64,000 nucleotides of DNA, from contig CBFGJX010000001.1 of NCBI GenBank assembly GCA_965649225.1, forward strand, positions 160,406 through 224,405. Direction: 5' to 3'. The notes below the pieces were generated by a model. That model made no database searches and was not told the origin of the DNA. It saw only the letters and a list, made by a program, of their open reading frames with translations. Every line of letters begins with the position of its first letter. The stretch's first letter is position 1. A program made the position numbers and the translations under genes. This stretch comes from a candidate division WOR-3 bacterium (lineage in GTDB: Bacteria; Hydrothermota; Tepidihabitantia; Tepidihabitantales; Tepidihabitantaceae). Positions 47,982 to 57,070 of the stretch are shown in pieces.

Positions 47982-48773
47982 GTGTTCAAAGAGTTGATCC
48001 GGACCATCCGTGTGCTCCGGCGTCGGTGCCCCTGGGACCGCAAACAAACGGTCGCAACCACCCGCCCGCTCTTGCTCAATGAAACCTACGAGCTTGACGA
48101 CGCATTACGTCGCGGCAACTCCGCTGACATTGCCGAAGAACTGGGCGACTATTTGTTTCTCGGCCTGTTCCTTGCCGAGATTCTGCGTCCGCGCGGCATT
48201 ACCCTGTCCAGGGTCATTCGCCAGACCATCGCCAAACTCAAGGGCCGCCATCCCCATATCTACGGTAAAGTCCGACTCTGCACCGCCGACGCAGTGCTGA
48301 CAAACTGGGAGAAAACCAAGCGCCGCGAGAAAAACCGCCGCTACACTCTCGACGGCATCCCGGCAACATTACCAGCGTTGCGGCAGGCACAGCTGATTCA
48401 GGAGCGCTGCCGCCGGGTCGGGTTCGATTGGGACAACCCGCTGCTGGTACTCGACAAAGTAGAAGAAGAAATCCGGGAGCTGCGTCTCGAACTGACCAAT
48501 CGGAAACAGACAGCGGCCAGAGAGGAAACCGGCGACCTGCTGTTTGCCATGGTCAACCTCTGCCGGCACATCGGCATTGACGCCGAACAGACTCTGCGCG
48601 ATGCCAATCGCAAATTTGTCCACCGGTTCAACCGGGTCGAACGGACATTCCGCGATCGACCGGGCGGACTTGCGACTGTTTCTCTGGCCGAAATGGAAGC
48701 GGTCTGGCAGGAAGCCAAACGAGCCGCCGGCTCAAACCGTGAAAGCCGACGGGCTACTCGTCGTCAAGACTGA
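47982..48773 (+). CDS. mazG: Nucleoside triphosphate pyrophosphohydrolase MazG
   Basis: CPWDRKQT, EELGD, RHPHIY, GFDW, EETGDLLF, ANRKF. Confidence 0.94.
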   Translation: MFKELIRTIRVLRRRCPWDRKQTVATTRPLLLNETYELDDALRRGNSADIAEELGDYLFLGLFLAEILRPRGITLSRVIRQTIAKLKGRHPHIYGKVRLCTADAVLTNWEKTKRREKNRRYTLDGIPATLPALRQAQLIQERCRRVGFDWDNPLLVLDKVEEEIRELRLELTNRKQTAAREETGDLLFAMVNLCRHIGIDAEQTLRDANRKFVHRFNRVERTFRDRPGGLATVSLAEMEAVWQEAKRAAGSNRESRRATRRQD

Positions 48774-48987
48774 TGTCGAAACCGTCGTCCTCTGCCTCGT
48801 CTTCCTCTTCCATGACTTCTTCGTCGAGGGCTTCGTCAAGCTCGGCGTCCTCGTCAAAAGTACGACTGGTGTCGGTTGACCCGCAGGCAGGGCACTCAAC
48901 CGGTTTCTCATCATCAATGTCACGCTTGGTCAGAAAAACCTCAAACGCGTGACCGCACTCCAGGCACATGAACTGATAAGTGGCCAT
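48754..48987 (-). CDS. FmdB-family zinc ribbon protein with a highly acidic tail
   Basis: MATYQFMCLECGHAFE...CPACGS followed by a D/E-rich C-terminus; AGGAG RBS. Confidence 0.85.
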   Translation of the reverse strand: MATYQFMCLECGHAFEVFLTKRDIDDEKPVECPACGSTDTSRTFDEDAELDEALDEEVMEEEDEAEDDGFDISLDDE

Positions 48988-49031
48988 ATGACAACTCCTG
49001 TCCGCCCTCCTTTTAGTCTGCCAACCAATCG

Positions 49032-50156
49032 ATGTCAAGCGCCGCAGGCCGATTAGTCCAGCCGGCCAAACTCATCCGAAGATTGCTCCCGGCAGTGGTA
49101 CTTACATTAATATATGCCGCCGCTGCCGGCATAACGCTTGCTGATTTTATCACTTGGCCTGGCCTCAACCGTACCGCGCCCGGCATCGGCGGTACCGACT
49201 TCTTCGGTGCCATGCTGGCCGGTCGGGCGCCGCAACCATACGTCACCAGAGCACTGGTCCCGCTGCTGGTACGAAGTACCCGGGCAGTCGTCCCCCCCGG
49301 AATTGCCCGCAGGCTCGCGGAGCGTGTACGCCGCTTGTACGTCCGCGACGGCCGACCCGATTGGCTGAATCAACATGCCCTTGAATTCGAACTTGTCCGC
49401 GGCTGGTTGTTTTTATTCCTGATGCTGTTCGCCTGGTCGCTGCGCCGACTGGCCGGTATCGCCGGACTGACCGGACTGGAACAGGACACCGTGCCTCTGC
49501 TCGGGCTGGCCGGGCTTCCCGTCATGTTTGGCTACGTCAGCCACATTTACGACCTAAGCGGACTGGCACTGTTCACGCTGGGACTGTGTCTGATCGCCGA
49601 AAAACACAGCAAAAGCTATCTGATTGTCTTCGCCTGCGCCTGTCTGAACAAGGAAACGGCAATCCTGCTGGCGGTTATCTGGACCGTGTTGAACCGTCGC
49701 CGGTTACCTTTCAAACATCTGCTGGCTGGTGTTGCTGGCCAGTTCCTGCTCTGGGCAGCAATCCGGGGCGGACTGCTGCTCGTCTATCGTCACAATCCGG
49801 GTTCACCCATTGAACTGCGGCTGTTGCGCAATCTGGCGGCAATCGCTGAACCTCGCAACTGGCTGCTGTTCCGACCGTTTCTGGGCCAGCTTGTGATACC
49901 GACTGGTCTTAACATTCTAACTGTGCTCGCCTACCTCTTGTCTGGTCTGGCGTTGCCCAAGCTGCCCCGTATTTTTCAAATCAGCTACCTGCTCACTCTG
50001 CCAGTGCTGGTCCTGGCAATGCTGTTTGGCAACATCGACGAAATGCGCATCTATTACGAACTCTATCCTGCTGCGGTGGTAGCATTCGCCGCTGGCTTGT
50101 GGCGCCTGCTTGGCTATCGGCGCACCGAACAGACGACCGCAATGCTGCCAACATGA
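49032..50156 (+). CDS. Polytopic membrane protein, possibly GT-C glycosyltransferase-like
   Basis: About 9-10 hydrophobic segments; PYVTRALVP, YD, LNKETA and EMRIYYE motifs. Confidence 0.65.
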   Translation: MSSAAGRLVQPAKLIRRLLPAVVLTLIYAAAAGITLADFITWPGLNRTAPGIGGTDFFGAMLAGRAPQPYVTRALVPLLVRSTRAVVPPGIARRLAERVRRLYVRDGRPDWLNQHALEFELVRGWLFLFLMLFAWSLRRLAGIAGLTGLEQDTVPLLGLAGLPVMFGYVSHIYDLSGLALFTLGLCLIAEKHSKSYLIVFACACLNKETAILLAVIWTVLNRRRLPFKHLLAGVAGQFLLWAAIRGGLLLVYRHNPGSPIELRLLRNLAAIAEPRNWLLFRPFLGQLVIPTGLNILTVLAYLLSGLALPKLPRIFQISYLLTLPVLVLAMLFGNIDEMRIYYELYPAAVVAFAAGLWRLLGYRRTEQTTAMLPT

Positions 50157-51181
50157 CCGAAAACTCGTCTCGACTGCAGCGGCTCGCCCGACGCCACTCC
50201 CCGCTGGGACCCGAATCAGACGCCACGCTGTTTCACGACACCGACGGTGTCTGGCTGACGCTGACCACCGGCGAACACCTGCTCGACCTGAGTTCAGGAG
50301 GCTACCGTCCACTCGGATGGAATCACCCATTGCTGTTAGAACTGCCCGGTCCGACTGTCGGTACCGACAACGACCCGGTCTGGCCCGAGATGGTGGAACT
50401 GGCAGCTTTGCTGGCCGAAATATCACCCGGTGCGACTAACCGTCGGGTTCTGCTCTGTCAGTCCGGCCGGGAAGCACTCGCCCGCGCGATTGAACTCGCC
50501 CGAGCTCAAACCGGACGCGACAAAACAATCTGGCTGGCAGAAGTGGATGATATAAAAAACTGCCGGGTTGCCGACGCCGCTGCGATTGTTGCCCATCCGC
50601 TTGACTCCCGGCTGCCAGGGCTCCGGGAAGTAACATCCCAGGCCGGGGTCTGGTTGATCGTCGACGAATCATCCCTCGCCCCCGGAACCACCGGCCGCAT
50701 GCTGGCGGTCGAGCATGCCGGAATCCGACCCGACCTGCATGTCCTCGGGCCAGGGCTTGCCGCCGGACTCCCGATTGGCGCCTGCGTGACCGACCGCTCG
50801 ACCCGCCACTGGAACAACCGCCCGGCTGGACCCTCCCGGGCCGCCTGTATTGCCGCGCTGCGCTATCTGCAACTACTGAAAAACGGGTTGATTGAACACG
50901 CCGCGGCCATTGGCACTGCGATTCAGTCGGCCATTGCCCGGGGTGACGAACCGTCACCGGGCTGCTGGTTCGGCATCGGAGCCTGCTGGAACGTCAGGCT
51001 TCCCGGCCCGGCCCGACTGCACCACCGGATACAGGCTGAATGCCGCCGCGAGAAGCTCTGGCTCTGTATCCGTTCCTCCTCGCTGCTGCTTCGTCCCCCG
51101 CTGACACTGACAACGGCCGAAATCACCAGCACGGTTGAGACAATCGACCGCATAATTCGTTCGGTGTACACCGAGAAGTGA
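50153..51181 (+). CDS. Degenerate class III aminotransferase-fold protein (PLP lysine absent)
   Basis: LLDLSSG, LGWNHP, SGREA, LIVDE, GRMLA, RPDLHVLGPGLAAGLPIGA (Pro where Lys is expected), RPPL. Confidence 0.75.
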   Translation: MTENSSRLQRLARRHSPLGPESDATLFHDTDGVWLTLTTGEHLLDLSSGGYRPLGWNHPLLLELPGPTVGTDNDPVWPEMVELAALLAEISPGATNRRVLLCQSGREALARAIELARAQTGRDKTIWLAEVDDIKNCRVADAAAIVAHPLDSRLPGLREVTSQAGVWLIVDESSLAPGTTGRMLAVEHAGIRPDLHVLGPGLAAGLPIGACVTDRSTRHWNNRPAGPSRAACIAALRYLQLLKNGLIEHAAAIGTAIQSAIARGDEPSPGCWFGIGACWNVRLPGPARLHHRIQAECRREKLWLCIRSSSLLLRPPLTLTTAEITSTVETIDRIIRSVYTEK

Positions 51182-52161
51182 AGCCCACTCCTCATCTTTC
51201 GGTCTTCGGCCAGTTTCTGGCCACCGTCGAATCCGAAGGACTGCTCCACTCCGGCGACAAGGTTCTCGTCGCCATCTCCGGCGGTGCCGATTCGGTCTGC
51301 CTGCTTGACCTGCTGCTGGCAGCACGTCGGCGCTACTGCCTGACCATCCAGGCAATCCACATCAATCATCGGCTTCGCCCGGCGGCGAACGACGATGAAC
51401 GATTCGTCCGCTCACTGTGCCGGCGCCTCGGTGTCAGCCTGATAGTAAAACGACATGAGGTCAGCAGCTATGCGCGACTCCACCGGCTGTCAATTGAAGA
51501 AGCCGCCCGGGCAGTCCGGACGACCGAACTGGAACAGACCGCCCGCCGTCTCGACTGCCAGCGCATCGCCGTCGGGCACAACCTTGAAGACAACCTGGAG
51601 ACCATCCTGCTCAACATTGTCCGGGGCAGCGGCTTGACCGGCGTCTGTGGCATTCCGGTCCGGCGTGGCCGGTGGATCAGACCGTTGATTGATATTTCCC
51701 GCGAGGCAATCCGTAGCCACCTCACCGCCCGCGGCATCGGCTGGGTTGAAGACGAAACCAACGCCGACCCGTCCTTCCGGCGCAATCTCATCCGGCTGCA
51801 GGTTCTGCCCGCCCTGCTGGCAATCAATCCGGCTGCCGCCATCAATGCCCGTCGTCTGTCCCGACTGCTCAGAGCCGAAGACAGCTTTCTCGACCGTTGC
51901 GCCGAGGCAGCCCTGCAGTCCAGTCTGGACAAGTCCTGCCCCAGTCGGATTGACATTGTCCGCTTCCGGCGATATGATGAAGTGTTGCAGCGCCGGGCGC
52001 TCCGACTTCGCTTTCCCGCCCTCGATTCAACCGCCGTCAGCCGAGTGCTGGAAATCGTTAGTGGCCGCACTGGCCGCCGTGCCGACCTCGGCAACGGTTT
52101 GGTGGTTCGTCGGCAGAAAGACTGGCTTGTTTTTGAAACAACGGAGGTTAGCGAGGACTGA
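51178..52161 (+). CDS. tilS: tRNA(Ile)-lysidine synthetase
   Basis: VAISGGADS, HINHRLR, EEAAR, GHNLEDNLET, IRPL, RNLIR. Confidence 0.94.
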   Translation: MKPTPHLSVFGQFLATVESEGLLHSGDKVLVAISGGADSVCLLDLLLAARRRYCLTIQAIHINHRLRPAANDDERFVRSLCRRLGVSLIVKRHEVSSYARLHRLSIEEAARAVRTTELEQTARRLDCQRIAVGHNLEDNLETILLNIVRGSGLTGVCGIPVRRGRWIRPLIDISREAIRSHLTARGIGWVEDETNADPSFRRNLIRLQVLPALLAINPAAAINARRLSRLLRAEDSFLDRCAEAALQSSLDKSCPSRIDIVRFRRYDEVLQRRALRLRFPALDSTAVSRVLEIVSGRTGRRADLGNGLVVRRQKDWLVFETTEVSED

Positions 52162-54059
52162 TGGCAGACAAGTCTTCCCGCGTCAGGTTTCTTGGTCCGC
52201 TGCTCGTATGGTTAATCGTGTTTCTTGCCGCCTGGGGGGCTTGGAACCTGCTTTCGCGTCGAGGCAACCGACCCAGCATTGATTACACCGACTTTGTCCG
52301 TGAGCTTGAAGCGGGCAATGTCGCCGAGGTGGTAATTGTCGAACGGGAACTGACCGGCAAGCTCAAGAACGAATCCGAAGTTGCTGGCCCCCGTGGTCCG
52401 ATTCGTTTCACCGAGTTCAAGACCTATACGCCCGACGACCAGCAGCTTGTTCAACGGCTGCTCGCCGCCGGTGTCCGGGTCAGCGCCCGTCCCCAGTCGC
52501 AATGGTTTACAATCGTCCTCAGCATCCTGCCCTGGCTGCTGATAATCGGGTTCTGGTTTCTGTTCATGCGCCGCATGACCTCAGGTCAGGACCGTGCCTT
52601 CATGTTCGGCAAATCCCGCGCCCGGGCAATGACCTCGGACCGGCCCAAAGTGACATTCAACGACGTTGCCGGTGTCCCGGAAGCAAAAGAGGAGCTGCGT
52701 GAAATCATCGCCTTCCTGAAAGCGCCGCACAAATTCCAGAAACTTGGCGGCCGGATCCCCAAAGGCGTGCTGCTGGTAGGTCCAACCGGTACCGGCAAGA
52801 CCCTTTTGGCCAAAGCGGTCGCCGGCGAAGCGGGCGTACCGTTTCTCTCAATCTCCGGTTCCGACTTCGTCGAGATGTTTGTCGGCGTCGGCGCCGCCCG
52901 TGTCCGTGACCTGTTCGAACAGGGCAAACGCAATGCTCCCTGTATCATCTTCATTGACGAAATCGACGCCGTCGGTCGGCAGCGAGGCGCCGGCCTCGGC
53001 GGTGGCCACGACGAACGGGAGCAGACACTCAACCAGCTGCTGGTGGAAATGGACGGCTTCGAAACTTCCGACGGCGTCATCATCATGGCCGCCACCAACC
53101 GACCCGACATTCTCGACCGTGCGCTGCTGCGGCCCGGCCGCTTCGACCGTCAGATTACCGTTGACCGTCCCGACGTACAGGGCCGGGAGGAAATCCTCAA
53201 GGTGCACGTGCGCAAGATTACGATTGCCCCCGACGTCGACCTGAACGTACTCGCCCGCGGCACCCCGGGGTTTTCCGGCGCCGACCTTGCCAATATGGTC
53301 AACGAAGCTGCCCTGCTTGCCGCCCGGCGCGCCCGGACGGCGGTGACGATGCAGGACTTCGAAGATGCCAAGGACAAGGTACTGATGGGCGTCGAACGGC
53401 GTTCGCTGCTGATCAGCAACGAAGAGAAACGGTGGATTGCCTATCACGAATCCGGGCACACCGTCGTTGCCCGGCTCATACCCGGCACCGATCCGGTGCA
53501 CAAGGTAACAATCATTCCCCGCGGTCAGGCCCTCGGGCTGACACAGCGCCTGCCGCTGGACGACAAACGCATCTACTCGCGCGGCTACTGTCTCGACCAG
53601 CTGGCGGTAATGCTTGGCGGCCGCGCTGCCGAACTGCTCGTCTTCGGTGACGTCTCCACCGGCAGCCATAACGATATCGAAAATGCCACGGCGCTGGCGC
53701 GCAAGATGGTCTGTGAATGGGGCATGAGCGAAAAAGTCGGCCCGCTGGCCTTCGGCCGTCCCGAAGAACAGATTTTCCTCGGTCGTGACATGGGCATGCA
53801 CCAGACCTTTTCCGAAGAAACCGCCCGCGTGATTGACGCTGAGATACGGCGGATTGTCGAAGCCCAGTCCGAGCGTGCCGCCACAATCCTGCGGGAAAAC
53901 CGTCATCGGCTCGATGCCCTCGCCCAGGCCCTGCTGGAACGCGAGGTAATGTCCGGCAGCGAAGTCGATACCGTTCTCGGACTGGGAACCGCACCCGCCG
54001 TTAACCGTGACGCTGACATCCAGACTACCCCTGTCCCTCAGGGAGGAAACCATGTTTGA
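52161..54059 (+). CDS. ftsH: ATP-dependent zinc metalloprotease FtsH
   Basis: Two TMs; [31 protein letters not shown]. Confidence 0.98.
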   Translation: MADKSSRVRFLGPLLVWLIVFLAAWGAWNLLSRRGNRPSIDYTDFVRELEAGNVAEVVIVERELTGKLKNESEVAGPRGPIRFTEFKTYTPDDQQLVQRLLAAGVRVSARPQSQWFTIVLSILPWLLIIGFWFLFMRRMTSGQDRAFMFGKSRARAMTSDRPKVTFNDVAGVPEAKEELREIIAFLKAPHKFQKLGGRIPKGVLLVGPTGTGKTLLAKAVAGEAGVPFLSISGSDFVEMFVGVGAARVRDLFEQGKRNAPCIIFIDEIDAVGRQRGAGLGGGHDEREQTLNQLLVEMDGFETSDGVIIMAATNRPDILDRALLRPGRFDRQITVDRPDVQGREEILKVHVRKITIAPDVDLNVLARGTPGFSGADLANMVNEAALLAARRARTAVTMQDFEDAKDKVLMGVERRSLLISNEEKRWIAYHESGHTVVARLIPGTDPVHKVTIIPRGQALGLTQRLPLDDKRIYSRGYCLDQLAVMLGGRAAELLVFGDVSTGSHNDIENATALARKMVCEWGMSEKVGPLAFGRPEEQIFLGRDMGMHQTFSEETARVIDAEIRRIVEAQSERAATILRENRHRLDALAQALLEREVMSGSEVDTVLGLGTAPAVNRDADIQTTPVPQGGNHV

Positions 54060-54936
54060 AGGATGCATTACCGCTGTTGTCACCCCGTTTCGCGGCCGAC
54101 GGCTTGACCTGACCGGTCTGCGTCGCAACCTGCGTTTTCAGCTTGCAGCCGGTGTCAGTGGTATCCTTGTTGCCGGTTCAACCGGCGAGTCGCCGACTCT
54201 CAGTGACGAAGAAAAGGCACAGTTACTGGAAACGGCCCGGGTCGCAGCCGGCAGCCGCATACCGGTAATTGCCGGCGTCGGCACCAATGACACGACCCGC
54301 TCCTGCCGGGCCGCAAAAACCGCCGAGCAACTGGGCGCCGCTGCCCTGCTGGTCGTTGCCCCCTACTACAACAAACCAACTCAGGAAGGGCTCTATCGCC
54401 ATTTCCGCGCTGTGGCCGAATCTACAAATCGCCCGATAATCATCTACAACATTCCCAGCCGCTGTGCGGTCAACATCCTGCCGGTCACGATTGAACGTCT
54501 CTGTCGAGACTGCAGTAACATCGTCGCGGTCAAGGAGGCTTCAGGCAACCTCGACCAGATGAGCGAGCTACTGGTCCGCTGCGGCGACCGCATCACTCTG
54601 CTTTCCGGCGATGACAGTCTTACCCTGCCAATACTGTCCATCGGTGGTCGCGGCGTCATTTCGGTCGCCTCCAATATCGTGCCGGCCGAAATCACGCAGC
54701 TGGTCCGACACTTTCTGGCGGGCGAAACCGAAACCGCTGCCCGGTTGCACCAGCGGCTTTTCGGTCTCTACCGGGCTTTGTTCTGCGAAACCAATCCGAT
54801 TCCGGTCAAAGCGGCAATGGCAATGCTCGGTATGGCTGCTGGCGAGCCCCGCCCACCATTGACGCCAGCGACCGACGCGACGGTCAAGACCATCCGCCAG
54901 GCACTCGTTCAGTTCGGGCTGAAACCACGACAGTGA
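54052..54936 (+). CDS. dapA: 4-hydroxy-tetrahydrodipicolinate synthase
   Basis: GSTGE, PYYNKP, YNIPSR, VKEASG, LSGDD, ETNPIPVK. Confidence 0.93.
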   Translation: MFEGCITAVVTPFRGRRLDLTGLRRNLRFQLAAGVSGILVAGSTGESPTLSDEEKAQLLETARVAAGSRIPVIAGVGTNDTTRSCRAAKTAEQLGAAALLVVAPYYNKPTQEGLYRHFRAVAESTNRPIIIYNIPSRCAVNILPVTIERLCRDCSNIVAVKEASGNLDQMSELLVRCGDRITLLSGDDSLTLPILSIGGRGVISVASNIVPAEITQLVRHFLAGETETAARLHQRLFGLYRALFCETNPIPVKAAMAMLGMAAGEPRPPLTPATDATVKTIRQALVQFGLKPRQ

Positions 54937-55709
54937 TCCGGATTGCAGTCGCTGGCGCCGCCGGGCGGATGGGCCGTGCCGTAACAGAATACTGCAGTAA
55001 TGTCTCCGACGCCGAGGTTGTTGCCGGCATCGAAGCCGCCGAACACCCGGCTCTCGGCAAGCCCTGTGGTAAAGGCGTCATCACTGCCGATATCGACTCG
55101 GCACTCTTCGGCTGTGATGTCGTAATCGATTTCTCGACCCCGGCCGCCACTGCGGCACTGGCCGAATCGTGCGCCCGTCTGCAGCGACCGCTGGTCTGCG
55201 GAGTAACTGGCCTCTCACCGACAGCAGAAACAGCACTCGAACAGGCCGCCACCAGGATTGCGGTAATTCACGCCGCCAACTTCTCGGTCGGCATGGCACT
55301 GCTCAATCGGCTTGTAGCCGAAGCCGCCCGCCACCTGAGCCCCGAATACGACATCGAAATCGTCGAAACCCACCACCGCCGCAAGGCCGATGCCCCTTCC
55401 GGTACCGCGCTGACTCTCGGCCGGACGCTGACGACGGTTCGCAGGCAAAACGAGTTGCTCCTCGGTCGCGGCCGGACCAGTACCACCAAACCCGCCGGTC
55501 AGATCGGCATCAGTTCAATCCGCACCGGTGACGTAGTCGGCGAACATCTGGTCATCTTCGGCGGACCGGGCGAACGACTCGAACTCGGCCACAAGGCCGA
55601 AAGTCGCATTGCCTTTGCCGCCGGCGCGGTCCAGGCCGCCCGTTTTGCTGCCGTGCAGCCACCCGGCCGCTACGACATCGCCGCGGTTCTTGGCCTGAGT
55701 ACGGTTTGA
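54933..55709 (+). CDS. dapB: 4-hydroxy-tetrahydrodipicolinate reductase
   Basis: GAAGRMG, IDFS, ANFSVG, ETHHRRKADAPSGTA, FAAGA. Confidence 0.95.
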   Translation: MIRIAVAGAAGRMGRAVTEYCSNVSDAEVVAGIEAAEHPALGKPCGKGVITADIDSALFGCDVVIDFSTPAATAALAESCARLQRPLVCGVTGLSPTAETALEQAATRIAVIHAANFSVGMALLNRLVAEAARHLSPEYDIEIVETHHRRKADAPSGTALTLGRTLTTVRRQNELLLGRGRTSTTKPAGQIGISSIRTGDVVGEHLVIFGGPGERLELGHKAESRIAFAAGAVQAARFAAVQPPGRYDIAAVLGLSTV

Positions 55710-57070
55710 CTCCGGGCCGCAGCCCACTATCATTGCTGTTCATGCCGGACCATTCGCCACTCGTTGCCATCCGCCGCGAAGACAAAAACATCTGGGAGCG
55801 GCGCGCTCCACTCATTCCGGAGCAGGTCGGCAGCCTCATCGGCACCCACAACATTTCTTTTGCCGTCGAGCGCTCGCCAATCCGGGTATTCAATGACGCC
55901 GAATACGAAGAAGTCGGCGCCGAACTGCTTGATTCGGTTGCCAACTGCCCGCTGATTCTCGGTGTCAAAGAAATGCCTCTCGGCTTTTTCCGCCCGGGCG
56001 GCACCTATGTGTTCTTTTCCCACGTCATCAAGGGGCAGCCCCACAACATGCCAATGCTCAGACGGCTGCTCGAACTGGGCTGTACCCTGATTGATTACGA
56101 GAAGATGACCGACGACTCCGGACGCCGGCTGGTATTCTTTGGTCGCTTCGCCGGCATGGCCGGCATCACCGACACCATCGCCGGACTCGGGATTCGACTT
56201 CGGCAGTTCGGCTGGGACACCCCCTTTCAGCACTGCCGGACCGCGCACGAATACGGCCGGGTTGAGCTCGCCAGGGCGGCCCTGGCTGAAATTGGCCGCG
56301 CGATTGCCGCCCGCGGTCTGCCGCGCGAACTTTCGCCACTGGTAATTGGTGTCACCGGCTACGGCCACGTCGCCCAGGGGGTCTGGGAGATGCTTGACGC
56401 CCTCAATGCAGTTACGGTCAACCCCAACGAACTGCCGGCGCTGGTTGCCGATGGTTCACCTGATCGAATTTACCGGACGATGTTCCGTGAAGAACACCTC
56501 GTCACACCGGTTGACCCCGACCACAGCTTCAATTTGTCGGAATACTATTCCCAGCCCGAGCGCTATCGTGCCCGTTTTGAAGAGTACCTGCCCTGGCTTT
56601 CGGCTCTTGCCAACTGCATCTACTGGGACCCCCGCTATCCAAGACTGGTCACCCGCGACTGGCTGCATCGTGCGTTTACCCAAGAGCCACCCCCACGGCT
56701 GAAAGTGATCGGTGACATTTCCTGTGACGTCAACGGCTCAATTGAGGCCACTGTCCGGACAACCGATCCGGGTCAGCCGTTCTTCACTTATAATCCGGCA
56801 ACGGCCGGTGTCTCCGACGGTATTGCCGGCCCGGGCATCGTCATCATGGCGGTCGACAATCTGCCCTGCGAGTTCCCTTTTGATTCTTCCCGGGAATTCG
56901 GCCAGACGCTGATGCCGTTCGTGCCACCGCTGGCCCAAGCTGACTTCCGGCTACCGCTGGACCGGCTTGACCTCCCCGCTCCGCTGCGCCGCGCGGTCAT
57001 CGTCCATCAGGGCCGGCTGACCCCTGACTATGCCTATATTGAAGAATATCTCCAAAGGAGTACCAGCTGA
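55706..57070 (+). CDS. Lysine-ketoglutarate reductase / saccharopine dehydrogenase (lysine-forming type; AASS N-terminal half)
   Basis: IRREDKNIWERRAPL, LGVKE, FFSHVIKGQ, IDYE, FGRFAG, NCIYW..RYPRL, DISCD..GSIE, VDNLPCE. Start TTG 55706 or ATG 55742. Confidence 0.9.
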   Translation: MTPGRSPLSLLFMPDHSPLVAIRREDKNIWERRAPLIPEQVGSLIGTHNISFAVERSPIRVFNDAEYEEVGAELLDSVANCPLILGVKEMPLGFFRPGGTYVFFSHVIKGQPHNMPMLRRLLELGCTLIDYEKMTDDSGRRLVFFGRFAGMAGITDTIAGLGIRLRQFGWDTPFQHCRTAHEYGRVELARAALAEIGRAIAARGLPRELSPLVIGVTGYGHVAQGVWEMLDALNAVTVNPNELPALVADGSPDRIYRTMFREEHLVTPVDPDHSFNLSEYYSQPERYRARFEEYLPWLSALANCIYWDPRYPRLVTRDWLHRAFTQEPPPRLKVIGDISCDVNGSIEATVRTTDPGQPFFTYNPATAGVSDGIAGPGIVIMAVDNLPCEFPFDSSREFGQTLMPFVPPLAQADFRLPLDRLDLPAPLRRAVIVHQGRLTPDYAYIEEYLQRSTS

